This document shows, one piece after another, positions 30,134 through 38,966 of a stretch of DNA of 64,000 bases. The position numbers were made by a program, and so were the translations under genes. Source of the DNA: Candidatus Nomurabacteria bacterium RIFCSPLOWO2_01_FULL_41_18 (lineage in GTDB: Bacteria; Patescibacteriota; Minisyncoccia; Phycocordibacterales; UBA9973); assembly GCA_001785865.1 (NCBI GenBank), contig MFUZ01000006.1, positions 45,674 to 109,673 on the forward strand. The letters run 5' to 3'. The stretch's first letter is position 1, and the number at the start of each line of letters is the position of its first letter. The notes beneath the pieces are model-generated. The model searched no databases, was not told where the DNA came from, and was given only the letters and a program-made list of their open reading frames with translations.

Positions 30134-30238
30134 ATGTACAAAAAACTATCAGCACGTTTGCGCCAGAAAAATCGGCGCAAACATGCTTGGATCTCCGCCT
30201 TGCGAAAGGCTGGAGAAAAGGCTAGAAGTTTCAATTAG
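30134..30238 (+). CDS. Putative 34-aa basic small protein
   Basis: Strong SD aaaggagg at ~30118-30125; MYKKLSARLRQKNRRKHAWISALRKAGEKARSFN*; terminator follows immediately. Confidence 0.5.
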   Translation: MYKKLSARLRQKNRRKHAWISALRKAGEKARSFN

Positions 30239-30242
30239 CCTA

Positions 30243-30275
30243 AAGGGGGCGCTCGAACATTTGGGCGCCCTTTTT
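30243..30275. terminator. Intrinsic terminator, probably bidirectional
   Basis: gggcgctcgaa-cat-ttgggcgccc-ttttt between convergent genes. Confidence 0.75.
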
Positions 30276-30279
30276 AATT

Positions 30280-31668
30280 CTAAATCCTAGAAACTTTCTG
30301 CCCATCTCCTGTATCTTTTATCTCATACCCCAGATAATTTATTTCTTTTCGTAGTTCATCGGACTTTTGGAAATCTTTATTTTTGCGGGCTTCTTCTCTT
30401 GCTTTTATTAGTTTTGAAACTTCTTCTGGTATACTAATTTCTTTTGCTTCTTTTAAATCTGCAAAGCCTAATCCAAGTACTTTATCAAAATCCAAAACTG
30501 TGGCTTTTTTGTCAGCAGGAGAAATACTTTCGTTTTTTAAGACATCCCAAAGTACGGTAAGCGCGCGCGGAGTATCGAGATCATCTGTGATGAATCCTTT
30601 GAATTTATGCTGGGATTCGTGGTGTATCTGTCCTATTTCATCTCCTAGCTCCAAATAGAGGTTAAAAAGGCGTTTTAGGGCTGTTTCTGCGCCTTCCAGA
30701 GCTTCCCAGACGAAGTTTACCTTGGTCCGGTAACTAGCCATTAACAGCCAAAAGCGGTAGGTTGTGGGGCTTATATTTTTTTCGCTTAGGCTATCTAACT
30801 TGAGGAAATTACCCGCTGATTTGGACATTTTTTCCGAGCCAGTATCGACAAATTCATTATGCATCCAGAATCTGACAAAAGGTTTTTTTCCGGTTGCGCA
30901 TTCTGATTGAGCTATCTCGTTGGTATGGTGTGTCGGAATAAGATCAATGCCTCCGGTATGGATATCGAACTGCTCTCCCAAGAATTTGAGGCTCATCGCC
31001 GAGCATTCAATATGCCAGCCGGGGAAACCCTTGCCCCAAGGAGACTCAAAGCCGATTTTTTCATTAAACTTCCAGAGAGCAAAATCTTCAGGATTTTTTT
31101 TCTCCTTGTTTTCGGCGATTCTGGCATGGTCTTCATTTCTTTCTCTTTTTCCTCCCCAAAGCACTCCATAGTCAGGCATCTTGGACGTGTCGAAATAAAT
31201 CCCGTCATTCGTTTTGTATGTGTATTTATTTTCTTCGAGCTTTCCTATCAACTCGGTATCTTCTTTTATATGATCGCTTGCGAAATAAATATGACTGGGT
31301 ATTTTTATATTGAGTTTGTTCAGATCTTCCTTAAATTTTTCCGTGTAGAATTCCGCGAGCCCTCTCATATTTTTTAAATTCAATTCTTTTCCTTCCCGCA
31401 GGAGTCCTTTTGTCATTTTGTCATCGCCCGAATCCGCATCGCTCGAAAGATGCCCGATGTCGGTGATATTCATGACCCTTTTTACTTCATAACCCGAATA
31501 CTCTAAAGTTTTTTGCAATACGTCAGCAAAAACATAGGCTCGCAGATTACCAATGTGGGTGTAATTGTAGACCGTCGGTCCGCAGGTATACATCCGAACT
31601 TCTTTCTTGTGAATAGGGGAGAAGTTCTCTTTCTTTCGGGATAAAGTATTATAAAATTTAACTGACAT
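30280..31668 (-). CDS. cysS: Cysteine--tRNA ligase
   Basis: MYTCGPTVY; HIGN; PGWHIECSAM; KMSKS. Confidence 0.98.
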   Translation of the reverse strand: MSVKFYNTLSRKKENFSPIHKKEVRMYTCGPTVYNYTHIGNLRAYVFADVLQKTLEYSGYEVKRVMNITDIGHLSSDADSGDDKMTKGLLREGKELNLKNMRGLAEFYTEKFKEDLNKLNIKIPSHIYFASDHIKEDTELIGKLEENKYTYKTNDGIYFDTSKMPDYGVLWGGKRERNEDHARIAENKEKKNPEDFALWKFNEKIGFESPWGKGFPGWHIECSAMSLKFLGEQFDIHTGGIDLIPTHHTNEIAQSECATGKKPFVRFWMHNEFVDTGSEKMSKSAGNFLKLDSLSEKNISPTTYRFWLLMASYRTKVNFVWEALEGAETALKRLFNLYLELGDEIGQIHHESQHKFKGFITDDLDTPRALTVLWDVLKNESISPADKKATVLDFDKVLGLGFADLKEAKEISIPEEVSKLIKAREEARKNKDFQKSDELRKEINYLGYEIKDTGDGQKVSRI

Positions 31669-31670
31669 AT

Positions 31671-32702
31671 TTATTGAGGCAAACCGGGAGCTTGGCTGAA
31701 TTCATTCTTATAAATTGAAATGAGGGTATACAAGAGACTAACTGCGAGCGGCCCTACCAGGATGCCTATTGGTCCTAAGGTAGCGATGCCTCCCAACACG
31801 GAAAATAGGATGAGAAGCGGAGGTATGTTGATCTTACTGCCGACGATGATGGGATTCAAGAAATTATCAACCATGCCTACCACGACAACAGACCAGATAA
31901 GGAAGCCCAAGGCTCCGAGCTCATTTCCGGTCGCAAAAAGGAAAATCATGGCTGGTACGGAGACGAAGGCGGTGCCCACCATGGGAACTAGAGATGCGAT
32001 CGCAGCCACTGTGCCCCAGAGCGCTCCGTTTGGAATTCCAAAAATGGAAAATCCGACGCCCATCAATATTCCTTGGATAATTGCGATGACAAAATATCCC
32101 TTAAGGACGCCATTTACGGCCCGCTCCAGCCTAGAAATTATTTTCTTGTCGTCTTTGTCGGCGAGCGGGCTTAGTTCTATTATAGCTTGTCTCCATTTCG
32201 CGCCATCTTTGAGGAAATAAAAAATTGACAAAAATATAAGCACCAGAGAGAAAAAAGCGGAAAGTGTGGCGCTGAATATCTTTGCCACATTATTAGAAAT
32301 AAAAAACGTAAAATCCGAAATCTTTTCTTTGGCGTCAAAGGCAACCCCAGCAGGAAGTATTTTGTGGATGGTACTGTCAATGGACTCGATAAATGAACCG
32401 ACGCTTTGTTCGCCCACGACCGCCTGATATACTCCTTGGCTCTGATTGAATACCAGAACCCCGATGCCGGAAATTGGCCCCAAAAGGACTATTGCAAATA
32501 TTATTACGGTAAAAAGGCTCGACAGCCAGCTCGGTAAGCTCCTTCTCATGAACCATTCATATACAGGATACAGGACTATGGAAAAGGAAATGCTTAGAAC
32601 GATGACTATCCAGAGGGGACGGAAGATGAAAAAGGTGAAAACGAAGGTTGCTAATAGTAGCCCAAAGAAAAAATACCTTTCAATAATTTTTGTTTGCATC
32701 AT
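31671..32702 (-). CDS. AI-2E family transporter
   Basis: FYFLKDG; IPNGALWG; DNFLNP..VG...NIPP..ILFSVLGG...G..G...GP. Start adjusted to MMQTK. Confidence 0.9.
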   Translation of the reverse strand: MMQTKIIERYFFFGLLLATFVFTFFIFRPLWIVIVLSISFSIVLYPVYEWFMRRSLPSWLSSLFTVIIFAIVLLGPISGIGVLVFNQSQGVYQAVVGEQSVGSFIESIDSTIHKILPAGVAFDAKEKISDFTFFISNNVAKIFSATLSAFFSLVLIFLSIFYFLKDGAKWRQAIIELSPLADKDDKKIISRLERAVNGVLKGYFVIAIIQGILMGVGFSIFGIPNGALWGTVAAIASLVPMVGTAFVSVPAMIFLFATGNELGALGFLIWSVVVVGMVDNFLNPIIVGSKINIPPLLILFSVLGGIATLGPIGILVGPLAVSLLYTLISIYKNEFSQAPGLPQ

Positions 32703-32759
32703 GTAACTATTATAACAAACTCTTGCCTTTTTGTGAAATATCGTATAATATAAGCCAAT

Positions 32760-33098
32760 ATGAACGCACAGGAATTTGCAGTAATACAAACAGGCGGAAA
32801 GCAATACAAGGTCTCCAAGGGGGATGTTGTTTCTATTGAAAAAATAAAGGGTGGAAAGTCTGGTGAATACCAAAAAGGGGAAAAAGTTTCATTTGATAAG
32901 GTCTTGCTAGTTGATGATGGAAAAGACACCACGATAGGCACTCCGTATATCACAGGCGCAAAAGTAGATGCTGAAATCGTAGAAATCGGACGCGCCCGCA
33001 AAATTCTCGTAGTAAAATATAAACAAAAGTCTCGCTATCTACGCAGAAATGGCCACCGTCAGCCATTTTTCAAGGTAAAAATCACTGAGATAAAATAA
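32760..33098 (+). CDS. rplU: 50S ribosomal protein L21
   Basis: FAVIQTGGKQYKV; GHRQPF. Confidence 0.98.
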   Translation: MNAQEFAVIQTGGKQYKVSKGDVVSIEKIKGGKSGEYQKGEKVSFDKVLLVDDGKDTTIGTPYITGAKVDAEIVEIGRARKILVVKYKQKSRYLRRNGHRQPFFKVKITEIK

Positions 33099-33113
33099 AG
33101 AGGTTTTAGCTCA

Positions 33114-33168
33114 AAAACACCCCTAATCTAGCAAAATCGAGCTGATTTTGATGGGATAGGTGGATTTT
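33114..33168. repeat. Dispersed ~55-bp hairpin repeat, copy 2
   Basis: Similar to 29014-29068. Confidence 0.8.
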
Positions 33169-33216
33169 ACCTTCTTTTTATGGTTGATTGTTAACCATTT
33201 GTGATATAATCAATCT

Positions 33217-33612
33217 ATGGGTGAAAAATTTGGAGGGACAACTATTGCTCCTGAAGAAGAGATGCCTCCAGAAAAGGCAGATTATGCAGGCGATGCAGAA
33301 AATAACTTAGATAATGTAGATAATACAGATAAGACAGAAAGAGAAAGGACAGATGATGATGTCGCCGTTGATCTTGCGGAGCAGATGTATCATGATTCTA
33401 TTCAGTGGCTTTTGAGTCCTGAAGAACGGGTAGTAATAGAAAGACTCATTGAAATAATTCGAGGAGATAAGAAAAAAGGGAAAAATAATAGCATTACTCT
33501 TGATGTTGTGGAAAAGATCTTTCAAGATTCTATTAAATGGAAATTAACAACTCCTCCTGCAGACCGCAGGGTTATTGAAGAACTTATTAAATTAGCTCGA
33601 AAAAAAGAATAA
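33217..33612 (+). CDS. Hypothetical protein with internal tandem duplication
   Basis: Acidic N-terminus, then two copies of D..E....DSI.W.L.....R.VIE.LI...R. Confidence 0.65.
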   Translation: MGEKFGGTTIAPEEEMPPEKADYAGDAENNLDNVDNTDKTERERTDDDVAVDLAEQMYHDSIQWLLSPEERVVIERLIEIIRGDKKKGKNNSITLDVVEKIFQDSIKWKLTTPPADRRVIEELIKLARKKE

Positions 33613-33614
33613 TT

Positions 33615-34241
33615 CTACTGCCTATTTTTTAGCGCGTTTTTGATAGTATCGTTGTCTGAATACTCTAGTTCGGTGCCGGTGGAAAGGCCTTTACCTAAAG
33701 AAGATATTTTTATGCCTGCCCCGTCTTTGGCGGGGTTTTGGGCTATGTCTTTTAGCTGTTCTCGGACATATTGGTCAGTATGGTCACCTTGGGGACTTAG
33801 TGAAAATGCTAGAATTACTTCTTTTAAACTTTTTTCTTCTTTTCTTATTTTATTTTTCAACTCGTCAATTCTGATTCTGCTTTTAGTTGTTTTTTCAACT
33901 ATAGGCACGAGTCCGCCTAAAATAAAATATTTACCACTATACACTCTGCTTTTCTTTATACTTTCCAAATCAGAATCTTTTTCTACTACCAAGAGGGTAG
34001 AGGAGTCTATATTTGTATTACTACAAATGTCGCACAGCTTCTCATTTTTAGACAAAATAAAAAATCTAAAACACTCTTTACATTGCGCCACTTCTTTTTT
34101 TAAATCTGTTATCAGACTAGACAAATTTTCACTATACGCGGGAGTTCTCCCCATCAAGAAATAAACAAAGCGCCTTGCTTGCCTTTCTCCAATACCTGGA
34201 AATTCCTTGAAGACTTCAGCTAGCTTGTCTATGATGTCCAT
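33615..34241 (-). CDS. recR: Recombination protein RecR
   Basis: FPGIGERQARR; C..C...C..C zinc finger; Toprim domain; GTELEYSD. Confidence 0.95.
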   Translation of the reverse strand: MDIIDKLAEVFKEFPGIGERQARRFVYFLMGRTPAYSENLSSLITDLKKEVAQCKECFRFFILSKNEKLCDICSNTNIDSSTLLVVEKDSDLESIKKSRVYSGKYFILGGLVPIVEKTTKSRIRIDELKNKIRKEEKSLKEVILAFSLSPQGDHTDQYVREQLKDIAQNPAKDGAGIKISSLGKGLSTGTELEYSDNDTIKNALKNRQ

Positions 34242-34256
34242 TTCTTGATTCTAGCA

Positions 34257-35687
34257 TTAAAATGCATCTAAATCTCCTCTGACTTTTGATGGAGCGAATT
34301 CACTAAGGTTGCTTTTTTCCAGAGTTTGGAATGTGGTTGTTTTTTCATCAAAATAAAGTTCTATTTTTCCAATCGGACCATTTCGGTGTTTTTCAATCAA
34401 AATTTCAACAATGTTCGTTTTTTCTGATTCATCTTTTCCTTTGTCATCTCTATGCAGAAACATCACGACGTCTGCATCCTGTTCTATGGATCCTGAATCG
34501 CGAAGATCGGACAGTCTAGGCTTACCACCGCGAGACTCTACTGCGCGAGAAAGTTGAGAAAGCGCAAGCACTGGCACGTCCAGCTCTTTTGCAAGACTTT
34601 TCAATGATCTACTTATTTCTGTAACCTGATTTACCATAGAATCATAATTTTTAGAAGTTGTCATGAGTTGTAAATAGTCTACGACAATGAGGTCAAGGCC
34701 TTTTTCTGCCTTCAGTCTGCGAGAGAGCGCTTTCATTCTCACTATTGAGTTTCCGGCCTGGTCATCAATGTAAATTTTCGCTTTTGCGAGTTTGTCGAGC
34801 GAATTTTGAAGTTTAGTAAAATCTCCTTTTTCGTCAGAAATGCGTCCCGTACGTAAATTCCACGCATTCACCCGGCTTTCAGCAGAGAGCATTCTGTCCA
34901 CTAGTTGTTGAGAAGACATTTCAAGAGAAAATATCACCACAGATTTATCATGAGTCGTGGAAGTCATACGTGCAATATCGAGTGCGAGAGTGGTCTTACC
35001 CATGCTTGGACGCGCAGCGATGATTATTAAATCAGATTTTTGTAATCCAGAAAGCATATTATCTAAATCTTTGAATCCCGTCGGAAGTCCGCGAAGCATA
35101 CCCTTGTGTTCGTGTAATTTTTCCAATCGTTCGTAGGCTTCTGGTAATGCATCTTTCATATTTACAAATTTCTGATTCTTTGGAGATGATACGACGCTGA
35201 AAATTTTCTTTTCGGCTAGGTCCAGTATGTCATCCATGTGGTCATCGCCTTCTTCAAAAGCGAGCTCGGACACGTAGTCTGCCGCTTCGATTAGGCTTCT
35301 CAAGACATATTTCTTTTGCACGATATCCGCGTAATGTTTGACATTGGTAGAAGAAGGAACAACATTCACTATTTCCGCAAGATAAGCATTGCCTCCGACG
35401 CTTTCAAGCAATTTTTGTTCGCCGAGCTTGGTGGAGAGCGACAGCATATCTATCGGCTCGTTCTTGTTTGCGAGATCGAGCATAGCTTGGAATATTTTTC
35501 TATGCTTTTCCGAATAAAAAGATTCTGGCGTCACCATGTCTTCCACTTCATGCATTGCGTCTTTGCGGAGCATTATAGATCCGAGTACCGCTTGTTCCGA
35601 TTCTAGACTCTGAGGAGGGATCCGTAGATTATTTTTTTTGCCATTTGGCTCAATTTTTTTTTCTGTTTTCGGCACCAGTTTGACCAT
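34257..35687 (-). CDS. dnaB: Replicative DNA helicase
   Basis: AARPSMGKT; FSLEMS; VDYLQLM; LSQLSR; DLRDSGSIEQDAD. Confidence 0.99.
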   Translation of the reverse strand: MVKLVPKTEKKIEPNGKKNNLRIPPQSLESEQAVLGSIMLRKDAMHEVEDMVTPESFYSEKHRKIFQAMLDLANKNEPIDMLSLSTKLGEQKLLESVGGNAYLAEIVNVVPSSTNVKHYADIVQKKYVLRSLIEAADYVSELAFEEGDDHMDDILDLAEKKIFSVVSSPKNQKFVNMKDALPEAYERLEKLHEHKGMLRGLPTGFKDLDNMLSGLQKSDLIIIAARPSMGKTTLALDIARMTSTTHDKSVVIFSLEMSSQQLVDRMLSAESRVNAWNLRTGRISDEKGDFTKLQNSLDKLAKAKIYIDDQAGNSIVRMKALSRRLKAEKGLDLIVVDYLQLMTTSKNYDSMVNQVTEISRSLKSLAKELDVPVLALSQLSRAVESRGGKPRLSDLRDSGSIEQDADVVMFLHRDDKGKDESEKTNIVEILIEKHRNGPIGKIELYFDEKTTTFQTLEKSNLSEFAPSKVRGDLDAF

Positions 35688-35799
35688 AGGGCTATTCTAC
35701 CACAGCCGGCGAATTGTAAAACTCCCGAAAGTGCTTAAAACTGTTATTAATATGTGGACAAGATCGCAAAAAGAAGGTTTTTATGCTAAAATAACCAGG

Positions 35800-36750
35800 A
35801 TGAATAAAAAAATATCTTTATCGGGAATTCAGCCTTCAGGGAGACCTCACATCGGGAATTATTTTGGCATGATGAAGCAACTCATAAGCCACCAGGAGGA
35901 ATTCGACGTTTATGCTCTGATTGTGGACTATCATGCCATGAAATCAGTGCGCAATCCAGCAGAAATGAAGGAGAATATAATAAATGTCGTGCTTGACTAT
36001 TTAGCTTTGGGTCTCGACTCGAAAAAAGTCACTTTTTTTAAGCAATCGGATGTGTCGGAGCACACCGAGCTTTGTTGGATTTTTGACACTATTACCACTA
36101 TGCCTTACCTCATGCGCGCCCATGCCTTCAAAGATGCACAAGCGAAAAATAAAGAGATTGATGTGGGGACCTTCAATTATCCGGTTTTGATGGCGGCTGA
36201 TATTTTGCTTTACAATCCGGACATAATTCCTGTCGGCGCCGATCAGAAGCAACATGTGGAAATTTCCCGGAACATAGCCGAAAAATTTAACAATACTTTT
36301 GGGGAAACCTTCAAATTGCCAGAGGCGATGATCATGAAAGAGATGGCGGTCATCCCGGGAACGGACGGGCGCAAGATGTCGAAGAGTTACAACAATACCA
36401 TCCCGCTTTTCGCCGAATATGAAGAGATAAAGAAATGCGTGATGAGCATCGTGACTGATTCTGGAGGGGGAATTCCACAAAATGTGTTTGCTATACACAA
36501 GCTTTTTCGTAATGAAAATGAATTAAAGAAAATTTATGAGGAAAAAGCGGGGAAATATAAAGAGCTCAAAGAAATGCTTATAGAAGATCTGGAGAAATTT
36601 ATAGCACCACTACGTGAAAGGCGAAAAGAATTTGCCAAGGATATTCCAAAGGCCCTCGCGGTATTAAGAGAGGGAGGGGAGAAGGCTAAAAAAGTCGCCT
36701 CAAAGAAGATGGATGAGATAAGAGAGAAAATCGGGGTGAAAGTTTATTAA
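35800..36750 (+). CDS. trpS: Tryptophan--tRNA ligase
   Basis: SGIQPSG.PHIGNY; YPVLMAADIL; PVG.DQ.QH; KMSKS. Start set at ATG 35800. Confidence 0.98.
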   Translation: MNKKISLSGIQPSGRPHIGNYFGMMKQLISHQEEFDVYALIVDYHAMKSVRNPAEMKENIINVVLDYLALGLDSKKVTFFKQSDVSEHTELCWIFDTITTMPYLMRAHAFKDAQAKNKEIDVGTFNYPVLMAADILLYNPDIIPVGADQKQHVEISRNIAEKFNNTFGETFKLPEAMIMKEMAVIPGTDGRKMSKSYNNTIPLFAEYEEIKKCVMSIVTDSGGGIPQNVFAIHKLFRNENELKKIYEEKAGKYKELKEMLIEDLEKFIAPLRERRKEFAKDIPKALAVLREGGEKAKKVASKKMDEIREKIGVKVY

Positions 36751-36753
36751 AAT

Positions 36754-37050
36754 ATGAAACATATTAGTAAAAAAATTCCAGAATACAAACAGGAACTGGT
36801 TGAAGTTTTTTCTAAGATTCATGGGGATAAAAATCTCATGAAAGAATTTTTAACAGATGTTCTAACACCAGCAGAATTTGAAGGTTTAGCTTTGCGCTGG
36901 CAAATAGTTAAGAAATTAAATAAAGGCGAGACTCATCGGTCGGTAGCAGGGGATTTAGGTTTAGGTATAAGTACCGTAACTCGTGGCTCTCGGGAGCTTC
37001 GCAATAAAAATGGAGGTTTCCACTTAATGTTGAAGAAACTAAGTAAATAA
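36754..37050 (+). CDS. trpR: Trp repressor (TrpR/YerC family)
   Basis: LTPAE...LALRWQIV..L..G..HR.VA..LGLGISTVTRGSREL. Confidence 0.9.
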   Translation: MKHISKKIPEYKQELVEVFSKIHGDKNLMKEFLTDVLTPAEFEGLALRWQIVKKLNKGETHRSVAGDLGLGISTVTRGSRELRNKNGGFHLMLKKLSK

Positions 37051-37095
37051 AGAATTAACACCCTACAGTTTTATAAAAGTTATCCCCAATGCAAT

Positions 37096-37135
37096 TTGCA
37101 TTATTTTTTTACTATGTTATCATGTACTAGTACAT
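37096..37135 (+). promoter_or_regulatory. Sigma70 promoter with overlapping TrpR-type operator
   Basis: -35 TTGCAT 37096, TGn-TATCAT 37118; palindrome atgtactagtacat 37122-37135 with the GTACTAGTAC core. Confidence 0.75.
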
Positions 37136-37177
37136 AGATACAGAGGTAAGGGTGTTTATGTGAGAAAATATAAAAAC

Positions 37178-37273
37178 ATGAAAAACAAATTTCAAATAAA
37201 CAAAACAAGGAAGGGGAAGTCATGGTGGGGCGTAAAAAGCTTAAGTTTTTCGGCTTTTGCGTCTGTCTGTTGA
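37178..37273 (+). CDS. Trp attenuator leader peptide (TrpL-like)
   Basis: MKNKFQINKTRKGKSWWGVKSLSFSAFASVC*; tandem TGG TGG at 37223-37228. Confidence 0.8.
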   Translation: MKNKFQINKTRKGKSWWGVKSLSFSAFASVC

Positions 37274-37308
37274 TTTCTTTTTACTCTATTTAAAACAAGG
37301 AATCCATT

Positions 37309-37332
37309 GAGTGGCGCACGAGCGTCATTTTT
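37309..37332 (+). terminator. Attenuator terminator upstream of trpE
   Basis: agtggcgc-acga-gcgtcatt then a T-run; ggcgc can alternatively pair with gcgtc at 37259-37263. Confidence 0.65.
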
Positions 37333-37376
37333 AGTTCTTTGATAGTAAACCTTAACAATTCAACAACAGGAGAGTT

Positions 37377-38876
37377 ATGAAAACTAATTCAATTGAAATT
37401 TTTCCGAGCTTGGAAGAGTTTCGGAATTTGTCGGTGAAAGGTAACCTTGTGCCAGTGTTTGCGATACTAAGTTCTGATAACGACACCCCTGTCCAAGTGT
37501 TTCAGAAACTTCGGACGGAGTATTCTTTTCTTCTTGAGTCTGCAGAACGGACGGGACAAATGGGGCGGTACTCATTTGTGGGTAGGAATCCGGTCGTTAT
37601 TTTTCGCAGTAGTGGAAAGACTATCACTATTACCGAAGGGGGAAACATTCAGACTTTTGAAGTGAAGGATGATCCTCTTTCGGAATTAGAACGTTTCATG
37701 AGTCGGTATCGTTACGTGCCCATTACTGGTCTGCCTCAATTTACTGGAGGGGCAGTTGGTTATTTGGGTTACGAAGCCGTTTGTTCCTTTGAACCCAAGA
37801 AACTCAAGGTAGCGAAAAATGACGTTCTAGCGACTCCAGAGAATATCTTCATGATTGCAGAGCAAGTAGTGTGCTTCGATCATTTAGAGCGTCGCTTGTA
37901 TCTCATCTCCAACGCTTCCATTGCAGATGGAGATGTCGCTGGAGCATACGAGAAGGCTTGCCGGGAAGTGGTGGAGCTTGCAAATAGTCTACAGAAGCCC
38001 CCAAACTTACCTTATGTTTCGTATCAAAACAAAATTCCTGAAATTAGTTTTAAAAGCAATCTCACAGAAGGACGATTCAAGGAAATGGTGGGAGAGGCGA
38101 AAAAGTTAATTCTCTCTGGGGATATAATACAAGTTGTCTTGTCTCAAAGGTTTGAAGTGGAATACACAGGAGATCCTCTTCATCTTTATCGGACACTGTG
38201 GATGGTCAATCCTTCGCCCTATATGTTTTGCATTACTTTTGGAAATGAACTTTCGATTGTCGGAGGTTCTCCTGAAGTGCATGTGAAATGCATAGACGGC
38301 AAAGTGCAGATACGTCCTATCGCTGGAACAAGAAAACGGGGTGAAACTCCCGAAAAAGATGCGGAGCTTGCAGTAGAGCTTCTCGAAGATCCAAAGGAGC
38401 AAGCAGAACATGTGATGCTTCTTGATTTGGCACGCAATGACATTGGCAGAATCGCAAAATATGGATCAGTTAAGGTGACCGAGAAATTCCAGATTGAGAG
38501 ATTTAGTCATGTCATGCACATCGTGTCAAACGTTGTTGGGGAGAAATTAGATGGTCTTAGTTCATACGATGTTATGCGAGCTAGCTTTCCTGCAGGTACT
38601 GTTTCTGGAGCACCCAAAGTTCGTGCAATGCAGATCATAAGCGAGCTTGAGCTAGACAAGAGGGGTGTCTATTCAGGAGCTGTCGGGTACTTTGGTTTTG
38701 ACGGCAATCTTGATTCCTGTATTGCACTTCGCACTGTTGTCATAAAAGATGGCAAGGCATATGTGCAGGCTGGAGCTGGAATTGTTCATGAATCAACACC
38801 CGAGGGTGAATTTGAGGAAACTCGAAACAAAGCTCGGGGAATGTTGCTCGCCATCGCTCGAGCAAATGCAATGTGA
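37377..38876 (+). CDS. trpE: Anthranilate synthase component I
   Basis: FLLESA; NPSPYMF; RPIAGTR.RG; EHVMLLDLARND; FPAGTVSGAPKVRAM; QAGAGIV. Trp regulatory context favours TrpE over PabB. Confidence 0.92.
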   Translation: MKTNSIEIFPSLEEFRNLSVKGNLVPVFAILSSDNDTPVQVFQKLRTEYSFLLESAERTGQMGRYSFVGRNPVVIFRSSGKTITITEGGNIQTFEVKDDPLSELERFMSRYRYVPITGLPQFTGGAVGYLGYEAVCSFEPKKLKVAKNDVLATPENIFMIAEQVVCFDHLERRLYLISNASIADGDVAGAYEKACREVVELANSLQKPPNLPYVSYQNKIPEISFKSNLTEGRFKEMVGEAKKLILSGDIIQVVLSQRFEVEYTGDPLHLYRTLWMVNPSPYMFCITFGNELSIVGGSPEVHVKCIDGKVQIRPIAGTRKRGETPEKDAELAVELLEDPKEQAEHVMLLDLARNDIGRIAKYGSVKVTEKFQIERFSHVMHIVSNVVGEKLDGLSSYDVMRASFPAGTVSGAPKVRAMQIISELELDKRGVYSGAVGYFGFDGNLDSCIALRTVVIKDGKAYVQAGAGIVHESTPEGEFEETRNKARGMLLAIARANAM

Positions 38877-38891
38877 TTAGCGATGAAAAAA

Positions 38892-38930
38892 TTGGGGGCG
38901 TTGCGCGATATTCGCGCAACGCCTACCCAA
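38892..38930 (+). terminator. Strong hairpin after trpE
   Basis: ggcgttgcgcga-tat-tcgcgcaacgcc; the U-tract is weak. Confidence 0.65.
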
Positions 38931-38966
38931 TATTAGTATTATTAAAATCTAATAAAACATAAATTT

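Noticed and set aside
35638..35799. N-terminal extension of TrpS in the ORF track
   Set aside because: It overlaps the dnaB start on the opposite strand; ATG 35800 follows a -10 box and matches the normal TrpRS start.
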